Virus record (IMG/VR): IMGVR_UViG_3300023184_000072
Coordinates: 22,305-86,304 of that record
Strand: one strand, 5' to 3'
DNA: 64,000 bases
Source of the DNA: a virus
Shown: piece by piece, positions 11,701 to 21,127 of the stretch
Layout: each line of letters begins with the position of its first letter
Numbering within the stretch: position 1 is the stretch's first letter
Made by a program: the position numbers and the translations under genes
Notes under the pieces: model-generated
Database searches by the model: none
What the model saw: the letters and a program-made list of their open reading frames with translations, nothing else
Told to the model about the DNA's origin: nothing

Positions 11701-14700
11701 AGAAAACACTCTACTAAAGTTTAAAAGTTTATATCCTTCAATCTCATTACCTTCAATAGTCATTTTAGAATACTTATTCTTAAGAGGAGTGCTTAATGTA
11801 ATAGCACTTTCTTGATTGCTAGGTTCTCTTTCAATCACTGTAGAACATAAAAACTTAACTGCAGGAGCAGAATTCTTCTTAGTATCTAATGTGAATGGCT
11901 CAGCAGCATAATCATTTTTATTTGATTCTTCATTATTAATGCTTTGTACATCTTCATCATTAAAGTTGATACCTCTTGTACGCAATTGATCTCTTACTTC
12001 TTGTTTAAGATCTTCCCATGTTTTATCACTTAGTAATTGTCTTCTACCTTCTTCAATAAGCATATCCTCAATCTTACCAAACATTTCTGTTCCAGTAATT
12101 CTTTCAGGATTAAATAAAAGACTCTTATCTCCTTCTCTAAATAATATACCAGCAGCTCTTGCTGTCATATCCTGTACAAAGTTATTAGCTTGTTGTGCAG
12201 TTAGCTGAGATACTCTACTATATTCAGAGAATGGATTATTATTTACAAAGTTTTTAAATCCTTCTACGTCTTGCTTACCACCTAGTATGTGAATTTGTTC
12301 TGGCTCAAATACTATATATTCTGAATCATTTCCATAATAATCCTCTACAATAATACCATTTCCTGAACCTTCAAATTTTTTTCTTAAGTCTCTAGCATAA
12401 CTCTCAACTGATTTAGGAGTCTCTCCTTCTATAGTTAAATCGTCTATTAAATTATTATGACTTTCAAAATCTATACGTGTGCTTATTTTTGGTATATTAA
12501 TTAAGTATGAGTTTGCTTTATAAAAATTACCTTCATAATCCTCTCCATAATCCCTAGCATCTTTTTCGTTTTTAGCAAAAAAACCACCAAGATATGCAGA
12601 AATATTAGTTATAAATTTTTCTTTTCTTGTATTTGGTAATATTTTCTCACCAGAAGGATTAGCATGATAAACAATATCTTTAACTTGACTATCAGGAAAT
12701 ATAGAATCAATATATTGAGAATATTGTTGAGGTGTTCCTATATTAGTTAACTCTGGACTAGAGTCAAATATTTCTTGCACACCTTCTTTAACTACAGGAG
12801 TAGCTAATGTTCTTTCTTTAAACTTACCTGATTCAATTGCTTTAAAGAATTCTTCTTTCAAAGATGGTTTAACTACAAATGATTTAAAGAAATCCATTAT
12901 AGCTTTAAAGAATCTACGAACTTTTTCTCCTAATGATCTAGCAGGTAATTTACCTTTTCTAAACTCAGAGAAGTCATCCATTATTCTTTCTTCAGCTTGA
13001 AGATCTGTAGCATCTGCATAAGCAATCTTTTTACGAGAAGCTCTATCAGTAAATGTACCAGACTTAGATTTGAACTCATCTAGTAAAGCTCTTTGCTCTT
13101 CAGGAGATAACATACCTTTAAATATAGCATGGCCTATCTCATGATACTCTGTACCTCTTAATCCTCCACGAACAAACTTAGCTACACCATCTTCAAATGC
13201 ACCCCAAGCTTTTTCTCCATCATATGTATCAATAAGATTTTCTAACACTTCAAAAGGAATGTTAGGAACATTTTCTGCATGCCATTCTTTGAACAATTCT
13301 AATTCAGCCTCTGTCATTCTTTCATTCTCATCAAGCCCCACCTTTCTGAAATCACCACCTGGTTTTTTCTGAACAGGAACAACTGGTTTTTCTGTTGGAG
13401 TTTCTAAAGCAGCTTGTTCTGCATCATATTTAGCATTGATTTCATTAAATAAATTTATAAATTTAGTTGCTATTCCTTCATTGAATTGATGTATTCTATC
13501 TATTACAGAATAACTATTTGCTTTTAGTAAATCTAAACTTTGTTCAAAACTTATAGATGCAGCAGGACTTCCTTTTTTAAAATTAGTTAATTTGTCTTTT
13601 AATTCTTCTTGTCTTCTTTTTTCTATATCAGCTTTCTTATCATCTATATCAGAAACTTCTTCTACTACTTCTTCAGCTACAGGAGCTTCTTGTGCAGGAG
13701 CTGCTGCTTTTAACTTATCTAACTCTGCTGAAATTCTAAGAGCTAAATAATCTGTAATATATTTCTCTTCTTCTTCTAAAGGAATAGAAGCATCAAATCT
13801 ATTAGCTGCTTTTAGTGCTCCTTTAATCTTTTCAAATGTAGGTTTATCTGCAAAAAGTTTTGCAGTTGTTTCATTACTCTCTACCTCTACATTAAAGTTA
13901 CTATCAGCATCTTCTATTGCTGTAAACTGTACAGGACCAGCATCAATAATATATGGATTTGATGTTGTACCATCTATTACATATTCTCCTAATGTAGGAA
14001 CTTCCACACCAGCAGGTGCTTCTTCTTTAGCTTTTTGTACAGGTGTAATTATTTGTACATTAAAACTATCTGGTTCTGCTATTGTAGAATATCTTTGTTT
14101 AAAAGAATAAGGTCTTCCTGGAATAGGTTTAGCTATAGATGTAGACAAAGGAGTATCACCAGAAGGTCTAGCTTTACCACTAGGATATGTTTTAGCCAAT
14201 AAGAATGTTTGGTAGTTTGTCCATTTACTAGATGTAAACTGACCATCTTTATTAATGTACCACTCTTCAAATGGAGCTTGTGCAAAATCAGTTAATGTTT
14301 TATTATTAACGCTTATAAATGCTTTCTCAGTTAAGTGTTCTTTTATATCTGCTTCATGTTGAGCTATGTCTGATAAAGGATAACTCTTATTACCAAGTTT
14401 CAAACTCATTGATTCAATATCAATACGTATTTGATTAGGAGAAGTTGTATCATCTTTTGATTTCCAATATAATACATTCTGTAAGAATGTTGTAAACTGT
14501 CTATTTAAAGTTACTCTTTGTCCTGTGTTAGCTTGTTCTACAGCAGTGTTTGCAAGTCTTTTAATCACTTCATATGTACCAGCTGCTTCTCTATCATTAA
14601 ATGTTCTATTGTTTAAGAATGCAATAGTATCTCCATATTGTAATACAGGAACTCCAGGAGGTGTTTTTTGTATCTCACCTTTACTATTAACAATAGTTCC

Positions 14701-17700
14701 TGTTGTAGGAATAACAATTAAGTTTGCTTGGTTAGCAATAAGAGACTCATCAATTAATACATCACCAACATGGTTTTTTTCTTTAAGACCATTAGCATCT
14801 TTTAATTCAATAGGAATACCATTTGATACAGAAAATTCAAATGTAGGAAACTCTGTAGCTCCTGCATTGAATAATGTTTTTCTATATTCACCCCAAGCTT
14901 TTGAGTAAGCTTCAGCTTCAGCTTGTTGGTCTTTTCTATATCTAGGATCACCTGATCTATTAAGTAAAGATGTTGTACGCATTGTTTGGAATATAATCTT
15001 ATTAAGATCAGTTCCTGGTTCACCCACTTTACCAATTCTCTCACCATTTTTGTTTACAAAGAATAAACCATCTACATCTTGTTCTACAAATACTTGTGCA
15101 ACCCATCCAGAGTTAACATCATTAACTCCTTCAATAGAATCAATACTAGTAGAAGGATCTTTCTCATAAGACATCTGAACTATTCCATCAAGTTGTAATC
15201 CTTCAGCTTGTTTAGATGTAATTAATATAGATCTTAGTTTAGATCTATTAGGCATACCTGCAACATTGTTTAAAAACTCTCTTGAGTTTGTAATAAATGG
15301 AGCAACTGCTACTGTAGGATTATCTTCTTCTGATGCTGATGAACTAGAAAGAAATAATATTGAAGCATCTGGAAGACGTGATTCTTTAACATTCTCTGCT
15401 GCTTCTGAATTAACTGAAGCAATAGTTCCTGACTTATGTTCAAGTTCTGTTTGTTCTTTAGCTATGTCTTCTTTATTCTTTTGTAATTTCTCTTGGTCTG
15501 TCTCAAGTTTTTTATATCCTGTTAATCTTTTTGGATCAATATTTAATATATCTCCATTAACATCTTCCACCTTAACTGTACCATTTTCATTAACATTTAA
15601 AACTTTCACCTTAGATAAGTTAGTACTCTCATCAGTTAAGTCTTTAGCTTCTTCTTTAGCTTGTTCCTCAGTTTTATGAAAAGATATAGTTCCATCAGGA
15701 GCTGTCACTTGGTATCTACCATCAGCAATCTTTTTAATAGAAGCTTTCTTTGTAGCTCTCACTTCATAATCTCTACCTACTTCTAATTTTTCTTTTTGCT
15801 TATCTTTATTAACAAATGTAGGTTCAACTACATCTTTAGCATTTTCAGTTACAACTTCTTCTTTAGCAATATCTTCTGCTTGTTTGAAATATTTATTAAA
15901 TCCTTTTTCTGTAGCTAATTCATCAAATGCAACAGCAGCTTTTTTCTTATGTTCATTTAATTCATTTATACCAGCTCCATAATTATATAATTCTGTTGAA
16001 TTTTCAAGACCTACAACATCATCTTTTGTACCATCTTGATTGTTTAATTCAAAGTTTAATAATGAATGAAATGTTTTTAAATCTAATTGTCCATTATTTA
16101 AAGCTATTGTAATTTTTTCAGATGCTGTACGTAAAGCTTTAACTTGTTCTCTAGTAGCTTTTTTATCAGCAGGTGTAGTGTAATCAGTAATTGTATTCAT
16201 TAACTGATTAGCTTGCTCCTCATATGATTTAGATAGTTCTTGTAATGATTCTTTATTAGTAACATTAGCTAATGTACTATTAGTTACAAGAGGATTTACT
16301 GAAGATACTTTTTCTTGTATAGAATTAAGTCTTTCATTTACATCATCTTTTATTGTTCCATAATATGTAATGTCTTCTTTCCAATCTTCAAAAGTAGAAT
16401 GGTTAAAAGCTTCAAGAGATTCTTCACCTGGTTTTGGATCTACAATATATCTAAATGGATTTTTAAATGTATTGTTGACAGCATTAGTTGTTTCTTTTAT
16501 AGAATTAGCTTTGTTTATTAATGAGTCTACATACTCATTCACTGTATTCTTATTAGATGCATTGAAATCCATTCCAAAAGATTTTTGAAAATCTTCTTTA
16601 GTAAGATCTTTCAACATATTCAATTGTTCTATTGTAACATCATGCATCCCTGATGGAATACGTGATTGTACAAAATTAAAGAACATGTCATGTTTAAGAT
16701 TTTTATATTTAAATACATTTCCAGTTGCAGCAGCATCTTTCATTTCTTTTGCTATAGCTGAAGAACTTAATGTATTATCATATTTATTAGAAAGAATACC
16801 TGTCATTCCATATCTATTAAGAATGTTTATAGAAGAATTTAATCTTTTATCTTGACCGTTTCCTTTTTTATAATCATAAAATTGTTTAGCTCCTCCAGTT
16901 AATACAGCAGTAAGTCCACCAATAATCATATTATCAATACCTTCTGTTGTATTAAATTGTTGAGAAAGTCCATAAGTGGTTGAGCTCATTGCTTCACTTA
17001 ACCATTTACCATTCTCATAGTTTTTTTTATTATTTGGATCTTTATACTTTCTTGTATAATAATCATATGTTCCTTTCTCAGCAGCAAACTGTCCACCTTC
17101 TTGATATACACCTTCAGATAATACATCAGCTAATTTAGGTTTAACAAAATCCCAAACTTTATTACCAACACCTGTAACAGCTTTCTTTTCAAATGTATCA
17201 AGACTTCCTTCTTTAAGAGTTATTTTACCAGCTTCTTCAAGTTTTTTTGTAAGACTTCCTTGAATTCCTTTTTCTGCTGTTGTAAAAGATTTAAATAAGT
17301 TATCAAACTGTATAGCATTTGATACAGTTAAAAGAGCCATGTTAATACCAAATCTAGTATTCATTGCATTAGTAGCATAGTCTTCTATTTCTTTAGATGC
17401 TTCTGCTGTTAACTCTTCACCTGGATGATCTAATTCATATTGTTTTAATAATTCTTCTTTAACTTGTCTATATCCATCTCTACCTTCAACACCAGCTTCT
17501 GTCATAGAAGAACCTATAAGTCCTGCACCATATCTAAAACTATTTGTTAGTTTTGTATAAGCAGCTCCTTGTGCAAGTTTTTCAGCAGATAATAAACTTT
17601 TTCCAACAACACCAGCTTCATTAGCTATGTCTAGCACTTTATCTACTTCATTAGATCCAGCAAATATTTTGTTTAAATATAAAGCAGCTTTACCTATTTG

Positions 17701-18417
17701 TGCACCTATTAATGGAAGTTCTCCTATACCTTCTGTTATTGCTCCTATAGCAAGATCTTGTGCAGCTGCTCCTAACATAGCTCCTCCCATAAACCCAAGA
17801 TTTTTAATAACAGATTCTCCCCAGAAGTTTGCTGATCCAGCAAATCCAGGAATCATTGCTAAATGAGGATGTTCTTTTTCATATCTTGTGTAATAGTTTG
17901 GAAAAACATTTTCCATGTTTTTTATCCAATTATCTATACTACCTTCATATCCATTTGGATCTCCAGATAGTTTTGAAAAATCTGCATTCTTTGCAGCTAT
18001 ATAAGTATTAGGAACATTAGAAAGCGATTGTGCAAATGTACCTACAGCTGTTACTCCTGCTTTAACAAGACTATGTCCTAGTTGAGAGAAAGCATTTTGT
18101 TGTAATCCATATACATTCTCAAGATCTTTATCTCTTTGAAACAATGGATACTTTTGATTTTCAATTAACTCTCCTCTTGTAACTACACCCATAGGTGAAC
18201 TAAATGTAGGAGTTTTAATTGGAGCATTTGCAAGACTTGAAATTTCTTCAATACTGTTTCCTTTTCTACTAATTGTATTAGCTCCTAAATCTCCTCCAAT
18301 AACAGGATTAAGACTTACATCAACTTCTCTTGTAGCAAGAGATGTTAGATCTGGTCTTCTTGGTGCTTCACCTCTATTAGAAACATTATCTATAAGTTCA
18401 TTGTCAAAAATTGGCAT
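5749..18417 (-). CDS. Giant virion RNA polymerase polyprotein (4222 aa), crAss-like
   Basis: Catalytic AGSDFDIDKL (DFDID at 8392-8406) preceded by GFRIPTQ; zincin HEIGH at 13129-13143; size and position typical of Crassvirales vRNAP. Confidence 0.9.
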   Translation of the reverse strand: MPIFDNELIDNVSNRGEAPRRPDLTSLATREVDVSLNPVIGGDLGANTISRKGNSIEEISSLANAPIKTPTFSSPMGVVTRGELIENQKYPLFQRDKDLENVYGLQQNAFSQLGHSLVKAGVTAVGTFAQSLSNVPNTYIAAKNADFSKLSGDPNGYEGSIDNWIKNMENVFPNYYTRYEKEHPHLAMIPGFAGSANFWGESVIKNLGFMGGAMLGAAAQDLAIGAITEGIGELPLIGAQIGKAALYLNKIFAGSNEVDKVLDIANEAGVVGKSLLSAEKLAQGAAYTKLTNSFRYGAGLIGSSMTEAGVEGRDGYRQVKEELLKQYELDHPGEELTAEASKEIEDYATNAMNTRFGINMALLTVSNAIQFDNLFKSFTTAEKGIQGSLTKKLEEAGKITLKEGSLDTFEKKAVTGVGNKVWDFVKPKLADVLSEGVYQEGGQFAAEKGTYDYYTRKYKDPNNKKNYENGKWLSEAMSSTTYGLSQQFNTTEGIDNMIIGGLTAVLTGGAKQFYDYKKGNGQDKRLNSSINILNRYGMTGILSNKYDNTLSSSAIAKEMKDAAATGNVFKYKNLKHDMFFNFVQSRIPSGMHDVTIEQLNMLKDLTKEDFQKSFGMDFNASNKNTVNEYVDSLINKANSIKETTNAVNNTFKNPFRYIVDPKPGEESLEAFNHSTFEDWKEDITYYGTIKDDVNERLNSIQEKVSSVNPLVTNSTLANVTNKESLQELSKSYEEQANQLMNTITDYTTPADKKATREQVKALRTASEKITIALNNGQLDLKTFHSLLNFELNNQDGTKDDVVGLENSTELYNYGAGINELNEHKKKAAVAFDELATEKGFNKYFKQAEDIAKEEVVTENAKDVVEPTFVNKDKQKEKLEVGRDYEVRATKKASIKKIADGRYQVTAPDGTISFHKTEEQAKEEAKDLTDESTNLSKVKVLNVNENGTVKVEDVNGDILNIDPKRLTGYKKLETDQEKLQKNKEDIAKEQTELEHKSGTIASVNSEAAENVKESRLPDASILFLSSSSASEEDNPTVAVAPFITNSREFLNNVAGMPNRSKLRSILITSKQAEGLQLDGIVQMSYEKDPSTSIDSIEGVNDVNSGWVAQVFVEQDVDGLFFVNKNGERIGKVGEPGTDLNKIIFQTMRTTSLLNRSGDPRYRKDQQAEAEAYSKAWGEYRKTLFNAGATEFPTFEFSVSNGIPIELKDANGLKEKNHVGDVLIDESLIANQANLIVIPTTGTIVNSKGEIQKTPPGVPVLQYGDTIAFLNNRTFNDREAAGTYEVIKRLANTAVEQANTGQRVTLNRQFTTFLQNVLYWKSKDDTTSPNQIRIDIESMSLKLGNKSYPLSDIAQHEADIKEHLTEKAFISVNNKTLTDFAQAPFEEWYINKDGQFTSSKWTNYQTFLLAKTYPSGKARPSGDTPLSTSIAKPIPGRPYSFKQRYSTIAEPDSFNVQIITPVQKAKEEAPAGVEVPTLGEYVIDGTTSNPYIIDAGPVQFTAIEDADSNFNVEVESNETTAKLFADKPTFEKIKGALKAANRFDASIPLEEEEKYITDYLALRISAELDKLKAAAPAQEAPVAEEVVEEVSDIDDKKADIEKRRQEELKDKLTNFKKGSPAASISFEQSLDLLKANSYSVIDRIHQFNEGIATKFINLFNEINAKYDAEQAALETPTEKPVVPVQKKPGGDFRKVGLDENERMTEAELELFKEWHAENVPNIPFEVLENLIDTYDGEKAWGAFEDGVAKFVRGGLRGTEYHEIGHAIFKGMLSPEEQRALLDEFKSKSGTFTDRASRKKIAYADATDLQAEERIMDDFSEFRKGKLPARSLGEKVRRFFKAIMDFFKSFVVKPSLKEEFFKAIESGKFKERTLATPVVKEGVQEIFDSSPELTNIGTPQQYSQYIDSIFPDSQVKDIVYHANPSGEKILPNTRKEKFITNISAYLGGFFAKNEKDARDYGEDYEGNFYKANSYLINIPKISTRIDFESHNNLIDDLTIEGETPKSVESYARDLRKKFEGSGNGIIVEDYYGNDSEYIVFEPEQIHILGGKQDVEGFKNFVNNNPFSEYSRVSQLTAQQANNFVQDMTARAAGILFREGDKSLLFNPERITGTEMFGKIEDMLIEEGRRQLLSDKTWEDLKQEVRDQLRTRGINFNDEDVQSINNEESNKNDYAAEPFTLDTKKNSAPAVKFLCSTVIEREPSNQESAITLSTPLKNKYSKMTIEGNEIEGYKLLNFSRVFSTLLDKLSNTSSVGAFTNKLFNLAQDDSNYVSVFQKVGGKDKVVPFGEFNDNDWRLFVQFIQTFARQKPNALIQYKSADSVHTGAANLFTATQQTEKEWMTNIQTLAKGDGTIVKYINNKYVIDQDALKDMPIRKPKAMIAMLNAIGVTFDYDTYVKLKPSDKVGKNSFTDQVESIYGYFGSNNDLMSISGKTLDIGGPLSTLAELYNKVNNPSQESTYFGVEGQRIGAFSENNTPSVFENEFNESATIDQLKQSRPELNDVFSTGSQVLKKGGLFYDKDGNKIKDFKVSVIQGEENQDDDKGTSTSKLTIGDRFTMEINQNLNGKYYILIPADGSTEWMMNIGNNVSFDSIARNSYTDVNSIFKGYLMDDINLALDYTNREKLNNVGNLQKIEQLNKEFAALFTKKNKTEEDRKKLSDLAEEIDEIVNRPKQLRFFKDILAPKNLEAINEMIEDGRTLEEITAYVNDNISDINNSVKEFIDTMVVDTTNVLKANDKINPVGKDTYAYQDLDDNFLKAESLKKNSLSADDINHIITYANVNYIIANIEYHKILFGDPYQFAVKKGGALDETKRIKSFLSPRRTTFDSAEYNTYLNNNINNADGIKLTENDPGYHLHKSHTNTITVKDVITAGSLSAINSLYSKTNEADAVSWLMDTTHREIKLKNGQWDLQGPEEKWFQWEMAFTRQNLPGYEYTSEALRAHDVKLMETPRPKYTTEILKPIVSGNKFNKNNFDLILDKFSQVPIYYSMVKGTNLEKLYVQMKNQNIGYAIVESGRKVGAQELHSLYNGDGSFNTEAFSDESIVQVPWKAYGIQVETASSDNKSQTRGSQITKIASIDLFDNGIPTSPRAAEEYKRNTDILNAMHQNAYNELLNRLGIEDLGNGFVMKDGKSVSETLMREMMRREVSTNTKQTIKLNDENQFMIPFEASPSYVQIRSIVYSMIDKAIVSPKMNGGAHVQMPATMLESFTKGRSIVMKNKEGIWEKITKEKYETLTDEEKAGVMLTDESLKFYTKEQPYCEVLLPHWFKDKFKNKFKTDNELLKYLNGTEEGRSILSGIGFRIPTQALSSAEVFRVKGFLPQYMGATVVVPSEITTKAGSDFDIDKLNMYLKSVYVDRTGNIKLVRLQGDEQNTKDFYGKVFDDTLGVKQMKKADLIEALDIVVYGLEDPKGLLNIYGDYIKAKEEQYENPYEFRELIEKDLNKLTDKNLQAELRIEYVKDMYKKALENEYYDSLEKLITLPENFERLVSPVDDAGLKDAAGELDKLRGIDENKIPNRILNRNYMTNLRNSFLMGKRWVGVVAVNITNLSLRQKIQAYIDPAKFDGLSKEDQELLGDGSIVLKHNTTKVNGVDRISLGGTRTADGTNQLISNRLSGYATAVVDVAKDDFITRIIQSNLVIGTFMFLENIGAGEQSIYFLNQPIISEYLRIVNANNSSNLFYEDNINYAKSLFPSTQEEIDNANINVDGLKGNISKYAASKFNTKENGEQQAILKEFLKYAKMAEFNFDFTQATNYDTSRFGSGDMFARKELQTQKANDINIISSAKEILDNTFLGNQAKLLSASMQAMGAIFKLEQDNLRIITEDIMKTYAKNKYLSIDNFNKISNKAKMAFLDYIIQTKTGINSRTENLLVNAKTSVANRLEIAKQKYPDLQILKDLQVVPSERENGAKSVELRANIKDAYDEDLYTDMMRELRDYNADTKVLYRHLIALSILQGSYQSAISIKNIIPIEDYSTIVAPVVNSISSDETLKAFADGMFQRNNFNDALIMPRVTPFFKPKSVDYAAEILGLPSTTGYYSPSFPKIDSMNLQSIDRQVLVIGDKYNQKAMNSDYVAVPRVVKLKSGVRVDVLTGNTVTGANYAARKKKGDYSLNDVLGYKRVFLSTGEPLRILDKKGFPQSVYKLVNLYGDGNRATENYTDFRPSVIDNGTLKTTRELNDADIVSFYGGEIQEEVVSLPTEILTKSNTTDIVNALKENNIIDKNCKS

Positions 18418-18419
18418 AT

Positions 18420-21029
18420 CTATTGTTTTAATGTATAATTAACTGCATCCATCCCAATACCATTAATAGCATCTTGAATAGACTCTTCTCCTATATATCC
18501 TTGTTGGTTCACAACTGTGTTGTGCCATATCTTTCCATCAAATGCATATAATCTAATTTGGTAACTATCAGTTTTTCCTCCACGATTACTACTAGCTCCT
18601 TCAACATCATATCTTACATTTTTAGCTTGTGTTGTTCCATTTAATAAAGGAATATTATATCCTGTATATTGAGCTCCAATAGCATCTCCTCTTTTATTAA
18701 TATTTGTTGTTTTTCCTGGAGAAGCCATTATCATAGATTTAATTTGTGTAACAGGATTTGTTGCAGCATATCTAGGATAGTAAGCTTGAAAGGTTTGTGC
18801 ACTCATTGGTATAATCTGTCTTTCTGTACCTTTTTGAATAACTAGTTCTCCAGACCCATCATAGTTTTTAACTATCTGATAATCTAATACAGTTTTAGGA
18901 TCTTCTCTCCATTTTTGAACAGTGTCAGGATCATAATCTTTTGTTTTATTAAGATCTAATATACCAAGTTCTGGATTCATAGAATCAGAAATCAATGCAT
19001 CTGTATGTTGCATATCTACTTCATTCTTTTTATTTAATGATCCAGCCATTGTCATGTTCTCAGGCATGTGAGCATTTAAATATTTAGATTCAGCATCAAG
19101 TTTTCTTTTATTCATAGATGATGCAACGTTATCAAATTGAGAATGTATTACCTTTGCTCTATCAACTATTAATTTTTCACTATATGACATTGGTTGATTA
19201 TGAAAATATTTAACAAGTGCTCTAGCTACATTTTCATTTTTAGTTCCTTTAAATCTATTTATAAGATTATTTTCATTTAATGTAACTGCTGGAACAGCAC
19301 CTGGTCTAACTGAAACTCCTGTTGATTTAATTGAATTTTGATATTGTTTCATTACAGAGAATAAATCTTTTGAACTATACATCTCTTTACCATTCTTATC
19401 TACAACTCCTCCAAACTGTTTGAATGTTTTATCTAACTCAGCATCTATATTTGTTGTAAAACTTTTAGCACCTTTTAATAAATTATAATTATGTAGGTTG
19501 TCATGATCAAGTTGTCTTCTTTGTGTAAGGTAAACTCTTAAGTCATTATCTTTTAAATTAAGACTGCTTGGATCTTGATCATACTTAGAAGCAAGATCGT
19601 CTAATGTATCTTTTGTATATCCTTTGTTTGATCTAATAAATTCAGAATCCAATAAACTAATTTGATACTTATTTGAATTAATTTTATTATTTATATCAAC
19701 AACTGTTGTATTAGGAACATCTGTTTTTTGTGCACCTTCATGAGTAATAGGTTCTGCTCCTAATTTCTCTTTTTCCTTTTCTGCTCTTTCTAAAGCTTTA
19801 TCCTGTCTTTCAGTTTTCCATTTAAGAAGATCAAATGCATGATCTGCATTCCATTCATTAATTCTAGTGTTTTCTTTATTAACATCAAACTGAAACTTCT
19901 TTTTTTCCATAGCTGCTTGAGCATATGGATTATTCATAAGTTCTTCTGTATAGGATTCTGTTGATTTATCTTGAGCAAGATTAGTTAAATACTTTTGTGT
20001 ATAAACTTTAGTTTTATATTGTTCTACTACATCAGGATTATTTAATGCTTCTAAAGAAGCTTGTAATTCTTTTTCAGCAGCACCACTTTCTATTTTTGAA
20101 TTAATATCATTTAACTTAGCTTGTAGTAAAGCTTTATCAGCATCTGGTAATTTTGGACTTCTTAATGCAACATTTAATTCTGTTGCGTATTGTGTAATTT
20201 GTTTTTTCTGAAGTTCAAATGTATTAACTAAATCTTGTTTTATAGAATCTGCAGATTTGTTTCTATAGTGATAGTCAGCATCAATAGCTAATTGCTGTTG
20301 ATCATTTTCTGTTGTAGTATCATAAAATGTATTAAGGATAGTTTTAGCAGATTTACCTTTAGTAGTAATTCTTTTCATTGCATCATCATATTGTGCTACT
20401 CCTTTTGTAGGATCTAATGAAGCATTACCCTTAGCATCAAAATATAATGTCTTACCCTCAGAGTTTGTTTTATATGGTTGATCATAACTATATTCAATAG
20501 CTTCTACATCTTTTGCAACATCACCATATTTTTTTGAAAGGTCTGTGTATGGGACATATTTTCCTGTAAAACTAGCATTAAGATCTTTATTATTTACATA
20601 ACTACTAACTTGTTTATTTAAATAAAGTTCATTTTGTGGAGATGACTTTCCTTCTTTTCTAGCTGTTTCTAAAAGAGATTGTTCTTTTCTAACTTTAGCT
20701 GTAGAAGATACAGCATTTAAAATATGTTTATCTTTAGTAATTTGATTAGTCATTCCATTAACAGAATTAACAAGTTGGAAGTCTGAAAAATCTCCAGCTC
20801 CAACCCATCTTAAATCGTTACCAAGTTGATTAAGTTTAGATTGAAGATATTTTTGTTGAGTACCATTTGCAATATCTAATCCTGCAACATTATCAATATT
20901 TGATTGTATCTTTTCTATACCTTGTTCATACTTCTGTTGTTTGTCCATACCGACTTTCAACATAAGATCATTTGGGATCTCTGATACGTAAGGAGCAAAT
21001 TGTGGTATAGAATCAGTGAATGAGGCCAT
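18420..21029 (-). CDS. Virion cargo/ejection protein (869 aa)
   Basis: Long helical ORF directly upstream of the vRNAP. Confidence 0.6.
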   Translation of the reverse strand: MASFTDSIPQFAPYVSEIPNDLMLKVGMDKQQKYEQGIEKIQSNIDNVAGLDIANGTQQKYLQSKLNQLGNDLRWVGAGDFSDFQLVNSVNGMTNQITKDKHILNAVSSTAKVRKEQSLLETARKEGKSSPQNELYLNKQVSSYVNNKDLNASFTGKYVPYTDLSKKYGDVAKDVEAIEYSYDQPYKTNSEGKTLYFDAKGNASLDPTKGVAQYDDAMKRITTKGKSAKTILNTFYDTTTENDQQQLAIDADYHYRNKSADSIKQDLVNTFELQKKQITQYATELNVALRSPKLPDADKALLQAKLNDINSKIESGAAEKELQASLEALNNPDVVEQYKTKVYTQKYLTNLAQDKSTESYTEELMNNPYAQAAMEKKKFQFDVNKENTRINEWNADHAFDLLKWKTERQDKALERAEKEKEKLGAEPITHEGAQKTDVPNTTVVDINNKINSNKYQISLLDSEFIRSNKGYTKDTLDDLASKYDQDPSSLNLKDNDLRVYLTQRRQLDHDNLHNYNLLKGAKSFTTNIDAELDKTFKQFGGVVDKNGKEMYSSKDLFSVMKQYQNSIKSTGVSVRPGAVPAVTLNENNLINRFKGTKNENVARALVKYFHNQPMSYSEKLIVDRAKVIHSQFDNVASSMNKRKLDAESKYLNAHMPENMTMAGSLNKKNEVDMQHTDALISDSMNPELGILDLNKTKDYDPDTVQKWREDPKTVLDYQIVKNYDGSGELVIQKGTERQIIPMSAQTFQAYYPRYAATNPVTQIKSMIMASPGKTTNINKRGDAIGAQYTGYNIPLLNGTTQAKNVRYDVEGASSNRGGKTDSYQIRLYAFDGKIWHNTVVNQQGYIGEESIQDAINGIGMDAVNYTLKQ

Positions 21030-21065
21030 ATTCTTTTATTTTATTATGTACTATGTACATGTTAG

Positions 21066-21096
21066 CAAATTTAATGTAAATTATTATATATACAAA
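21066..21096 (-). promoter_or_regulatory. Bacteroidota-type promoter TTTG-N19-TAAATTTG for the 869-aa/vRNAP/1688-aa operon
   Basis: CAAATTTA at 21066-21073 and CAAA at 21093-21096; canonical -33/-7 spacing. Confidence 0.7.
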
Positions 21097-21127
21097 CTTT
21101 TATAGTTAATTAAAATAACTAAGAAAG

